From a virus, in IMG/VR virus record IMGVR_UViG_3300032294_001984, positions 3,967 to 67,966 of that record: 64,000 nucleotides of DNA; one strand, 5' to 3'. Position numbers and translations under genes: made by a program. The notes under the pieces are model-generated. The model saw only the letters and a list, made by a program, of their open reading frames with translations. It was not told where the DNA came from and did not search any database. Of the stretch, positions 6,822-15,821 are shown piece by piece. Position 1 is the stretch's first letter, and the number at the start of each line of letters is the position of its first letter.

Positions 6822-6929
6822 ATATTTTTCAAAGAACAATTAAAATCGTTTCTTTCGATTTAGAATACAAAGATACAAATAAATATTTAATTTCCAAATC
6901 AAAAGAGTATTTATTATAAAAAAACAATT

Positions 6930-8024
6930 GTGAGGTTATACGAAGACAATGAGAATAACGAAGAGTTGCCTGATACTGACAACCTTATTAAAAATTTGAA
7001 AGATTTTGTTCGAGGTAAGATTAATGCTAGAGAGTTAGAAGACCTTTATGATGATATTGGTGTTAGGATTAGAAATCCTTTGGGTATGAGTGACATTATA
7101 ATTGAGTATAAAAATGATACGGATTTTTTTGAAAATGTGTTGGAATTAAGTGATGATGATATATGGTTTGAAGGAATGATGAATTCACCATATTCAGATT
7201 ATGATTTTTATGATTATGGTCAAGTTTTGGATGATTTTCTTGAAGGATATGGAATTTTAAATTACTTTAATCCTGAGAATATTGAAAAATTAAAGGAAAT
7301 TGCAGAAATAATCGTACCTGAGAAAGAATTTAATTTAAATGATGAAAAATACAGGATTTTATTAAGTAAAACTATTCTTGAATTGTTTGAGGGTGAAATT
7401 GAAGACATTATTCAAGATTGGACATATAAGAAAAATGATGAGATGATGAAGACTGCTCAAGATGAGGTTAATAAGGACTTGGAAAATTTTATGGAAAAAA
7501 TTGACTTTGAGTTTTATCGTAAATATGATGAAATTTCAACAACCGCGGCGAATTTATATATGTGGGCGATAAGATTAAATGCTCAAAACTCGGATATCAA
7601 AAGTTTAGTTAAAGAAATTATAGAAGCTAATGGCTCATCAAGGATAGGTGGATGGGCAGATGTTATGTATGAGTATCACAATGATGAAAATTGGGATGAT
7701 AAAGGGTTTAACAACTATGTTGAAAATAAATTAGATGACATTTATGATTCTATCGAAAGTGATTTTGATAATGAAAGGCTTAAAATAAATGAATTTATTC
7801 AATTTAGACAGCGTATTGGTAAAAAATTTAAATCGGATATATGGTATAAGTTACCTAAAGAACCAAAAGTTCAATTTAGAATTGAGGGATTTGATAGAGT
7901 CGATAATCGAGTAATCGTTCTTTTAATGCACCCTACTAAAGGAACTCGAAAACTTAGTTTAAGCGAAGAAAATTTTAACAATTTATTATACCAACCGGAA
8001 TTATTTGATAGATTTGACACTTAA
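6930..8024 (+). CDS. Hypothetical acidic protein
   Basis: 364-aa ORF with a GTG start after TATTTAT (6908-6914). Confidence 0.75.
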   Translation: MRLYEDNENNEELPDTDNLIKNLKDFVRGKINARELEDLYDDIGVRIRNPLGMSDIIIEYKNDTDFFENVLELSDDDIWFEGMMNSPYSDYDFYDYGQVLDDFLEGYGILNYFNPENIEKLKEIAEIIVPEKEFNLNDEKYRILLSKTILELFEGEIEDIIQDWTYKKNDEMMKTAQDEVNKDLENFMEKIDFEFYRKYDEISTTAANLYMWAIRLNAQNSDIKSLVKEIIEANGSSRIGGWADVMYEYHNDENWDDKGFNNYVENKLDDIYDSIESDFDNERLKINEFIQFRQRIGKKFKSDIWYKLPKEPKVQFRIEGFDRVDNRVIVLLMHPTKGTRKLSLSEENFNNLLYQPELFDRFDT

Positions 8025-8071
8025 AACATTTTTTTCATAACATTTAAAATAATTTTTATTATATTTGTGCT

Positions 8072-8914
8072 ATGGAAAAAAATACAAAATTACTTAGAGA
8101 AGTGTTGAGTGTCCCAACAAAGACATATCAAGAAGAAAAAATGGTTGAATTTTTGGTTAACTGGTTAACCGAAAACAATATTTCACATTTTGTGGATGAA
8201 TTCAACAATGTTTATGCCACAAAGCAAGAATCCCAAGATTTACCTGAAGATTTTTATTTCCCTTGTGTTATCTCACATACGGATACCGTTCATAACATTG
8301 ATACGATTAACATCTCTGAAGAAATGTTGCCGAATGCTCAAAATGAGTTAAAATTATCCTATAAGGCATACAATGACAAAGGCAATCCTACCGGAATTGG
8401 TGGTGATGATAAATGTGGTGTGTTCGCATGTTTAACCTTGTTACAAGAATTACCTTACTTGAAAGCGGCATTCTTCGTATCTGAAGAAACCGGTTGTCAT
8501 GGTTCATTAAAAGCAAGTGAAGATTTCTTTTCAAATGTTGGTTATGGAATCCAATTCGACGCTCCGGAAAACTGGATGATTACTGAAAAATGTTTCGGAC
8601 AAGTTTTATTTGATAGAGAAACCGAATTTTTTGAAACTTGTGATAAAGTTTTGACTGAAGGTATGAATCAAAATGATATGGAGTATATGGTTCATCCTTA
8701 TACCGACGTTTACGCTTTGAGAGGTAAGTTTGACTTTTCTTGTATTAATATTTCAATCGGGTATTACAACTACCATACCAAAAATGAATATGTTGTAGTT
8801 GAAGATGTATTCAATGGTATTGACATGGGTAGAAAAATGATTGAAAATTTGGGTAATAAATTACACTATAAAAAGTCAGTTAACTACGATTGGAGAAGTA
8901 GGTCGGTGTTTTAA
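8072..8914 (+). CDS. M28/M20-family zinc peptidase
   Basis: Motifs SHTDTV, GGDDKCG, SEETG, FDAP and YHT. Confidence 0.85.
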   Translation: MEKNTKLLREVLSVPTKTYQEEKMVEFLVNWLTENNISHFVDEFNNVYATKQESQDLPEDFYFPCVISHTDTVHNIDTINISEEMLPNAQNELKLSYKAYNDKGNPTGIGGDDKCGVFACLTLLQELPYLKAAFFVSEETGCHGSLKASEDFFSNVGYGIQFDAPENWMITEKCFGQVLFDRETEFFETCDKVLTEGMNQNDMEYMVHPYTDVYALRGKFDFSCINISIGYYNYHTKNEYVVVEDVFNGIDMGRKMIENLGNKLHYKKSVNYDWRSRSVF

Positions 8915-9091
8915 TTATAAGTCGGATGAGAAATCATCCGATTTTTTTTGCTCATTATCATGACCACATTTATGACAAATATACGGGTCATCACCACCAT
9001 CGGATAAATCCCAAGACCATCCACATCCATCACAAATAACTTTGTTGTTTTTGATGGTTTCTCTTAAAATTTTTCTAATTAATTCTTTCAT
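8915..9091 (-). CDS. Small zinc-ribbon protein (58 aa), absent from the ORF track
   Basis: MKELIRKILRETIKNNKVICDGCGWSWDLSDGGDDPYICHKCGHDN..., with two CxxC pairs. TATTTAT lies 4 nt upstream of the ATG. Confidence 0.75.
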   Translation of the reverse strand: MKELIRKILRETIKNNKVICDGCGWSWDLSDGGDDPYICHKCGHDNEQKKSDDFSSDL

Positions 9092-9141
9092 AACAATAAA
9101 TATGAATAAAAAAAAAAGAGGTCATAAAGACCTCTTCTTAA

Positions 9142-11154
9142 TTATCGTCCTTTCTTTTGGACTACCACATTCTCATCCACCACTTTGATGACATAGGTTT
9201 TACCCTCAATCAGTTTACCTGTGAGAACTTCTTCAGATAACAAGTCTTCAACCTTGTCTTGAATTGCTCTTTTCAATGGACGAGCCCCATACAATTCATC
9301 GAATCCGATTTTTGCCAAGTAATCAACCAAAGTTTCATCATAACTGATTGAGTATTTCATATCCGTAAGACGAGTCACCAATCTCTTCAATTCAATGTCT
9401 GTAATCTTCTTTATATCTTCTTGAGATAGTGAGTTGAATACAATCGTATCATCCAAACGATTTAAGAACTCAGGAGAGAAGAAATTCTTCATCTCTTTCA
9501 TCAACATTTGTTTTTTAGCTTCTTCGTTACTATAAGAATTAGATGAGAACCCAATACCATTTCCAAAATCTTGTAATTTTTTAACTCCCAAGTTTGATGT
9601 TAAAATAATCAAAGTATTCTTGAAGTTGATTTTACGACCCAAACTATCGGTAACATGACCATCGTCCAAGATTTGAAGTAAAATGGTGAATACATCTTTA
9701 TGTGCTTTTTCAACCTCATCAAACAAGATAACAGAGTATGGTTTGTTTTTAACTTTTTCAGTTAACATTCCACCTTCTTCATATCCTACATATCCCGGAG
9801 GAGCTCCAACCAATTTGGATACCGTATGTTTCTCCTGATATTCACTCATATCCACACGAATAAGAGCGTCTTCCGAACCAAACATTTCTTTGGCCATTTG
9901 TTTTGCCAAATAAGTTTTGCCAACACCGGTAGAACCCAAGAACACAAATGAACCAATTGGTTTATTCGGGTCTTTAATACCTAAACGATTTCTTTTGATT
10001 GATTTCGCAATCTTGATAACTGCATCATCTTGACCAATAACTTTACCCACCAAGTTTTTATCTAACTCTAATAATGCTTTAGTGTCATCAACACTCATCT
10101 TGTTAACCGGGATTTTAGTCATATTTGAAACAACATCATAAACATGTTCTAACAATATGATTTGTTTTTCTTTAGCCATTTGTTGTTCAAACCTCAATTT
10201 CTCATTATCAAGTTTGATTAACAATTTTTTCTCTTTATCACGAAGTTCTGCAGCTTGTTCGTAATTTTGTCTTTTAACTACATCAATTTTTTGTTCTTTT
10301 ATTTCCGCAGCTTTCTTCTTAAGTTCCTCAATTATTTCCGGAACTTTCAAATCGGTTTGCATTCTTGCTCCAACTTCATCCAAAATATCAAATGCTTTAT
10401 CCGGAAATTCTCTGTCCGTAATATATCTGTCCGCCAACTTAACACAAGTTTCAATTACCTCATCACTATAATTTACTTTGTGATATTCTTCGTATTTGTC
10501 ACGAACATTTTTCAAAATTTGAATTGTTTCAGCAACCGATGATGGTTCAACAACTACTTTTTGGAATCTACGCTCCAATGCTCCATCCTTTTCAATATTC
10601 TTACGGAATTCATCCAAAGTGGTCGCTCCAATACATTGAACCTCTCCACGAGCAAGAGCCGGTTTGAAGATATTAGAACCATCCATAGAACCTGAAGAAT
10701 TTCCTGAACCAACCAATGTGTGAATCTCATCGATAAACACAATGATATTTGGATTTGATTGAAGTTCTTCAAGAATTACTTTCATTCTTTCTTCAAATTG
10801 TCCACGATACTTTGTACCGGCAACAACAGATGTAAGGTCAAGATTCACAATTCTTTTATCCATTAAATTTCTAGGACATTCACCCTTCACTATTTTGATT
10901 GCCAAACCTTCAACAAGGGCGGTCTTACCACAACCCGGTTCACCGAGTATAATTGGGTTATTTTTCTTTCTACGAGATAAAATCTGAGCAATTCTCAAAA
11001 TTTCTCGTTCACGACCAACTACAGGGTCAAGTTTACCGGCTTCAGCAAGTTTATTCAAATCTCTACTGAAATTGTCCAATACAGGTGTACCGGAATCCGA
11101 TGATTTTGTTTTTTTACTCATCATTTTGTCGTCGTCGTCCATTAAATCGTTCAT
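9142..11154 (-). CDS. clpC: ClpC-like AAA+ ATPase lacking the N-terminal Clp-repeat domain
   Basis: Two Walker A motifs (GEPGCGKT, GSTGVGKT), a UVR-type middle domain (YEQAAELRDKE), the GAPPGYVGY pore loop and an IGF ClpP-docking loop. Confidence 0.92.
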   Translation of the reverse strand: MNDLMDDDDKMMSKKTKSSDSGTPVLDNFSRDLNKLAEAGKLDPVVGREREILRIAQILSRRKKNNPIILGEPGCGKTALVEGLAIKIVKGECPRNLMDKRIVNLDLTSVVAGTKYRGQFEERMKVILEELQSNPNIIVFIDEIHTLVGSGNSSGSMDGSNIFKPALARGEVQCIGATTLDEFRKNIEKDGALERRFQKVVVEPSSVAETIQILKNVRDKYEEYHKVNYSDEVIETCVKLADRYITDREFPDKAFDILDEVGARMQTDLKVPEIIEELKKKAAEIKEQKIDVVKRQNYEQAAELRDKEKKLLIKLDNEKLRFEQQMAKEKQIILLEHVYDVVSNMTKIPVNKMSVDDTKALLELDKNLVGKVIGQDDAVIKIAKSIKRNRLGIKDPNKPIGSFVFLGSTGVGKTYLAKQMAKEMFGSEDALIRVDMSEYQEKHTVSKLVGAPPGYVGYEEGGMLTEKVKNKPYSVILFDEVEKAHKDVFTILLQILDDGHVTDSLGRKINFKNTLIILTSNLGVKKLQDFGNGIGFSSNSYSNEEAKKQMLMKEMKNFFSPEFLNRLDDTIVFNSLSQEDIKKITDIELKRLVTRLTDMKYSISYDETLVDYLAKIGFDELYGARPLKRAIQDKVEDLLSEEVLTGKLIEGKTYVIKVVDENVVVQKKGR

Positions 11155-11211
11155 AATTTTATAATTTTATAATGCAAATATAATAACAAATTTCATTCCT
11201 ATCCAAAATAT

Positions 11212-11296
11212 TGACATATTGTCATGTTTTTTATTTTATATGACAATCTGTCATGACATTGTGTCATTCACTATTTAATTTTATGAAAAAATGTCA
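11212..11296. promoter_or_regulatory. Four TGACA-N3-TGTCA palindromic operator sites between divergent clpC and the UVR gene
   Basis: Perfect copies at 11212-11224, 11241-11253 and 11254-11266; one mismatch at 11284-11296. Confidence 0.75.
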
Positions 11297-11365
11297 TATA
11301 ATTGTTAGTGGAATAAAAATTGTTGAAGCAAAGATAAACAATAAATTTTAAAAACAAGAAAAAAT

Positions 11366-11797
11366 ATGTTTAACAGAAAAAACCTTAATGATTTATTTAG
11401 AGAATTCGATTCAATGTTTGGCGATTTCGATTCTATGTTTGGTGTAACACCAAATAATGGTAAAACAGAGTCAGGAACCGATGAATTCGGTGATTGGACA
11501 AAAGAAACTTATAAATCACCGGATGGAGGTGTTCTTATCACTAGTTTTGTTAGAACAGGTGGTAATTACAAACCTAACAAAAGTTCAGGGATTACTCCAT
11601 TAAAAAAGAAACTCCAAATCGCAATCGAGGAAGAGAACTTTGAAGAAGCGGTAAAACTTCGTGATGAGATTAAGAAACTTGAAACCAATCAAGATGAAAT
11701 TAAAAAAATTGAATTGGAACTTAAAAAATCGATTGAAGACCAAGATTTTGAAAAGTCCATCGAACTACGAGACCAACTAAAAAAATTAAAATCTTAA
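11366..11797 (+). CDS. Tandem UVR (UvrB/UvrC motif) domain protein, putative ClpC adaptor
   Basis: Two motifs, AIEEENFEEAVKLRDEI and SIEDQDFEKSIELRDQL. Confidence 0.8.
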   Translation: MFNRKNLNDLFREFDSMFGDFDSMFGVTPNNGKTESGTDEFGDWTKETYKSPDGGVLITSFVRTGGNYKPNKSSGITPLKKKLQIAIEEENFEEAVKLRDEIKKLETNQDEIKKIELELKKSIEDQDFEKSIELRDQLKKLKS

Positions 11798-11802
11798 CTG
11801 AG

Positions 11803-11827
11803 ACCCTCACTAAAAAGTGGGGGTTTT
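11803..11827 (+). terminator. Intrinsic terminator
   Basis: ACCCTCACT/AGTGGGGGT stem followed by a T-tract. Confidence 0.7.
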
Positions 11828-11877
11828 GTATTTATATGCATAAAAATTTTATGTATATTAAATAAAAAAAAATAGTT

Positions 11878-12123
11878 ATGGCAATAATAAAAGAAGAAAT
11901 CGATGGGACGAAAATTAAGAATCAAATTAAATCGTCAAACATTAAGTCAACCGAATACGATACAGAAACAAAGGATTTGGTTATTGAATTTAACAACGGG
12001 GTGAAATACAAATACGATAATGTCCCTCACCAAGTTTATACTAAATTTAGGTTAGCTGAGTCACAAGGCAAATTTTTTACAACTGATATTGCAAAAAAAT
12101 ATCAATATAAAAAACTTTCCTAG
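11878..12123 (+). CDS. KTSC-domain protein
   Basis: SSNIKSTEYD...LVIEFNNGVKYKYDNVP...SQGKFF. Confidence 0.88.
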   Translation: MAIIKEEIDGTKIKNQIKSSNIKSTEYDTETKDLVIEFNNGVKYKYDNVPHQVYTKFRLAESQGKFFTTDIAKKYQYKKLS

Positions 12124-12135
12124 TATTTATTGAGG

Positions 12136-12861
12136 ATGAGTAATTTTAAAAAAATTATTGATAGTTTTTCTGTCAAAGATACTTTGAATCCAAAAATTTG
12201 GGAGAACCCTGATGATGCTAGCAATTCGGTTATGAAACCAAAAGTTAGAAAGGCTCTTATGCGTATTGCGGAAAAATTTACCGAGTTTTTGGGGGAAGAT
12301 ATTTTTGTTGATGATATTCATCTTACGGGGTCTTTAGCAAATTATAATTGGTCTGAGTTCTCTGATTTTGATTTACACCTAATTATAGATTTCAAACAAT
12401 TTGAGGAACAATCTGAATTATATAAAGAATTATTCAATCTGAAGAAACAAGTTTTTAACGACAAACATAATATTAAAATTTTTGGATACGATGTTGAACT
12501 ATATGCTCAGGATGAAAGTGAACCTCATGTTAGTTCTGGTGTTTATTCAATAATGAATAATGAATGGATAACCAATCCAAAAAAATTCAAAGGTAATATC
12601 GACAAGTCAGTCCTTGAAAATAAAATAAAATCTTGGATTGAGAAGATAGACACTGCAATTGAGGAAGAAAAAGATTTGGAGTCTTTAAAGTCAAAACTCA
12701 AAGATTATCGAAAATCAGGATTAGAAAAAGATGGAGAATTGTCATACGAAAATTTGGTATTTAAGTTCTTAAGAAGGTCAGGACACATTGAAAAACTATT
12801 CGACATTTTAAATAAACAAACAGATAAAGAATTATCAATTGAAAGAACAATTCAAGAATAA
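12136..12861 (+). CDS. Pol-beta-superfamily nucleotidyltransferase
   Basis: GS...DxD motif (GSLANYNWSEFSDFDLH) and a third acidic residue in VELY. Confidence 0.75.
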   Translation: MSNFKKIIDSFSVKDTLNPKIWENPDDASNSVMKPKVRKALMRIAEKFTEFLGEDIFVDDIHLTGSLANYNWSEFSDFDLHLIIDFKQFEEQSELYKELFNLKKQVFNDKHNIKIFGYDVELYAQDESEPHVSSGVYSIMNNEWITNPKKFKGNIDKSVLENKIKSWIEKIDTAIEEEKDLESLKSKLKDYRKSGLEKDGELSYENLVFKFLRRSGHIEKLFDILNKQTDKELSIERTIQE

Positions 12862-12905
12862 GTAAATTATTTATATTTATCATATATTTATAATAAAAAA
12901 AAATA

Positions 12906-13397
12906 ATGGCATTAACTAAAAATTTCTACAGTTGTTGTAACCTTGATGGTATAATCTATAGCGCTAAGACTGGAACTGACTATAATGTTGGTGATGTTTA
13001 TATTATTAGTGCAGGTAATTGTTATCTTGCAACATCAGACGGACCGGCAACAGCTGAAGTAGATGATAGAACATGGTCACTTATTGCAAGTGATGGTTGT
13101 GAAAATCCTGAATGTCAACCTTGTCCAACACCAACGCCTACTCCAACTCCTGGACCAACTAGTACTCAAACTCCAACGCCAACTACTACTCCAACGCCAA
13201 CGCCTACCCGCATTACAATAATTAGTGTTAATGAACAATATGCAACAGATTTTATTGATTGTTGTGATGTTAGTGGGACAACAATACCTTCAGACTCCTA
13301 TGTACCACATCCTGTTTGGACGAATAATGATGGAGATATTTCAATTATACAACTAAATGCGGTGGCCTTAGGTGGGTTTAACGGTCTAAATAATTAA
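12906..13397 (+). CDS. Cys-containing protein with a Pro/Thr linker (probable virion appendage)
   Basis: Central PTPTPTP tract and several cysteines. Confidence 0.7.
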   Translation: MALTKNFYSCCNLDGIIYSAKTGTDYNVGDVYIISAGNCYLATSDGPATAEVDDRTWSLIASDGCENPECQPCPTPTPTPTPGPTSTQTPTPTTTPTPTPTRITIISVNEQYATDFIDCCDVSGTTIPSDSYVPHPVWTNNDGDISIIQLNAVALGGFNGLNN

Positions 13398-13415
13398 AAC
13401 TAAAACAATAAAAAT

Positions 13416-14651
13416 ATGTCAGGATTAAAACCAATTGGTAGTGAAAAACTAACAGGACAAGATAAAATCAACAGAATTATGGAAATTGCTCGTTTTAATG
13501 AGACAATCCCTCAAATCGTTAATGAAACGGCTAAATCAGAGTATTCTATATCTCTTGCAGATGGTAATAATTACCAAATTGTTAAAGAAAGACAAGGATA
13601 TATTATTAAGAAAACTATTTCTGAATCAGAAACTGATTATGTGGAGCCAATGAAAAATAGAAAATACTATTCTTCGTATTCTCAAGCATTCAAAAGGTTA
13701 AATTTATTAGCAGGAGAATTAAATCGTGTTAATGAAAATGAAGAAGGTGTTTCTTTATATGGTGAACAAAAAAAATTCACATTAAAAACTCCAAAACCTG
13801 CAACACCGGCAATTGAAGCTCCGGTTCCACCGGCAGCACCACCGGCAGTTCCATCTCCTGAATTACCACCATCACCTATGGATGGAGGTGAAGATATGGG
13901 AATAGAAGATATGGGAATAGAAGATATGGAAGTAGAAGATATGGGAACAGAATCACCTGAAGTTGATAATGTTGATGTAGATATCGATGTTGATACTGAA
14001 GAAGGTGGAGAAGAAGACCAAGTTACTTTCAAATCAATCCAAAAACTTACAGGTAAATTAACTCAAAAAATTAGAACTCTTGAAAGTCAAGAAGGAATGA
14101 CATCTGAAGATATTAAGTATGTTATCAACATGGTTCTATCTTCATTTGATTTAAATTCTTTATCTGAAGAAGATAGAGAAGATATTATATCTAAATTTGA
14201 GGAAGAGTCTGAAGATTTGGGTGGAGATGATATGGATGGTGAAGATATGACAGACGATACAGAAGTTGAAGATATTCAAGCTGATATGGATGTTGCGGTT
14301 GAATCTGAAATGGAAGAAGGAGATTATGGTAACGGAGCAATATTTGATAGTATCTTTGGAGAATCAAAAGTTGATAAAGTTATTTCAAAATATTTTGAAA
14401 TGTCTAAAAAAGAAATTAGAGAGAGTAAAGAAAAACAAGTTGAAAAAACTTTAAGAAAAAAAACACAAGTAAAACAAATAATGGATTCTGTTGTTAAAAT
14501 GACCGAAACTATTGAACAAGAATTAAGTGCTGAGAAATTCTTAAAAGAAAATATAAATTCTAATTTTGTTGGGAAAACAAATAAAAAGAATTTAGTTTTT
14601 GAAACTAAAAAAGGACAAATTAAAATTACACCGACAGGAGAAATTATATGA
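13416..14651 (+). CDS. Hypothetical acidic head-module protein
   Basis: 411 aa with Pro-rich and D/E-rich tracts, upstream of the terminase. Confidence 0.75.
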   Translation: MSGLKPIGSEKLTGQDKINRIMEIARFNETIPQIVNETAKSEYSISLADGNNYQIVKERQGYIIKKTISESETDYVEPMKNRKYYSSYSQAFKRLNLLAGELNRVNENEEGVSLYGEQKKFTLKTPKPATPAIEAPVPPAAPPAVPSPELPPSPMDGGEDMGIEDMGIEDMEVEDMGTESPEVDNVDVDIDVDTEEGGEEDQVTFKSIQKLTGKLTQKIRTLESQEGMTSEDIKYVINMVLSSFDLNSLSEEDREDIISKFEEESEDLGGDDMDGEDMTDDTEVEDIQADMDVAVESEMEEGDYGNGAIFDSIFGESKVDKVISKYFEMSKKEIRESKEKQVEKTLRKKTQVKQIMDSVVKMTETIEQELSAEKFLKENINSNFVGKTNKKNLVFETKKGQIKITPTGEII

Positions 14652-15043
14652 GTCATTTAATTTATGTTAATGGACTGGGTCCTAACTATAAAGGAGATAA
14701 CTTATATGAATTCATTTTTTCGGATAGTTTGGAGGTTTGGGGAGAATTGTGGGAAAGTAAACCTTCCAATGGATATCCGTCACCACCCGAATTACAATAT
14801 ATTAAGAGAGTAGGAGTTTTGAGAAATACTGATGTTAAATTAGAATTAATTCAAAACTCCGATTTTTTTTCTATGATAGACTCGATGGATGATGTGGTTG
14901 CCTTAGCGTGGGAACAAGATGAAACAGAAGGACAAAAAAGATTGGTATTTAGATTTGGTTGTTCTGAAGATGAAATAAAAGACAAACTCTATGAAAGAGA
15001 TTTAGTTTTAGAATTTGAAAAAAAGTTAATATATGAAAATTAA
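14648..15043 (+). CDS. Hypothetical protein
   Basis: ORF overlapping both neighbours in the operon. Confidence 0.75.
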   Translation: MSHLIYVNGLGPNYKGDNLYEFIFSDSLEVWGELWESKPSNGYPSPPELQYIKRVGVLRNTDVKLELIQNSDFFSMIDSMDDVVALAWEQDETEGQKRLVFRFGCSEDEIKDKLYERDLVLEFEKKLIYEN

Positions 15044-15818
15044 TAAAAAAGCACTTCAATTGATTGATAAAGGATTATCGTCTAAAACAGTTAGTAAGTT
15101 AACTGAATCACAAATTAATGTATTACATAAAAAATTGTTTTCAGAACAAACTATGGTTTCTAAGTCTGACACCGAAACAATCAATAAATTAAAAACGGAG
15201 AAAAAACCGTTCCAAGTTTACGAAAAAGAACTTGATGAGGACGACACATTAAATGTCGTAAATGACCCTGACGCAACAGAAGATGGGATGGGAATTTTTG
15301 AAAAAGATTATAAAGATGGTCCAAATCCTTGGGCTATATGTCACGCTCAAGTTGGTCCTAAAAAAACAAGGAAATTTGAAAGATGTGTAATGGCGGTAAA
15401 AAAACAATTGAAAGAAGGAAAAAATCCACTATCTTTGTTCCTTGAAACTCAAATAGAAAAAATCGTGGAAAAACACATACCCCCAAGAATAACAAAAGGT
15501 GATTTGTTAAAAGTTATAACAGAATCTGAACCGGCAAGTGAACCATCATCACCTAAAAGAAAAACTGATTCAACTAAGAAACCGGTATCTCCTAATTTAA
15601 AAAGGTATGAGACTAAAGAACAGGCGACTGCACCGGCACCGGCAAAACCGGCAACGAGACCAACAACAAAACCAACAGAAAAGCCGAAAGAAAAACCATT
15701 TCACCCAGCAAGGAATCCTCGTCCGGGGGTACAACCGGCTCCATTAGCCAATAGAGTTAGTCCTGAAGATGCTAAGGAAAAAGTAATTGACTTAATAATG
15801 AACATTTTAGAAAAATAA
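15033..15818 (+). CDS. Hypothetical protein
   Basis: 261 aa with an NPWAIC motif and a Pro/Lys-rich tail. Confidence 0.75.
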   Translation: MKINKKALQLIDKGLSSKTVSKLTESQINVLHKKLFSEQTMVSKSDTETINKLKTEKKPFQVYEKELDEDDTLNVVNDPDATEDGMGIFEKDYKDGPNPWAICHAQVGPKKTRKFERCVMAVKKQLKEGKNPLSLFLETQIEKIVEKHIPPRITKGDLLKVITESEPASEPSSPKRKTDSTKKPVSPNLKRYETKEQATAPAPAKPATRPTTKPTEKPKEKPFHPARNPRPGVQPAPLANRVSPEDAKEKVIDLIMNILEK

Positions 15819-15821
15819 TAT

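Noticed and set aside
6713-6919. Plus-strand 68-aa ORF
   Set aside because: It is antisense to the tmRNA 5' half and its promoter.
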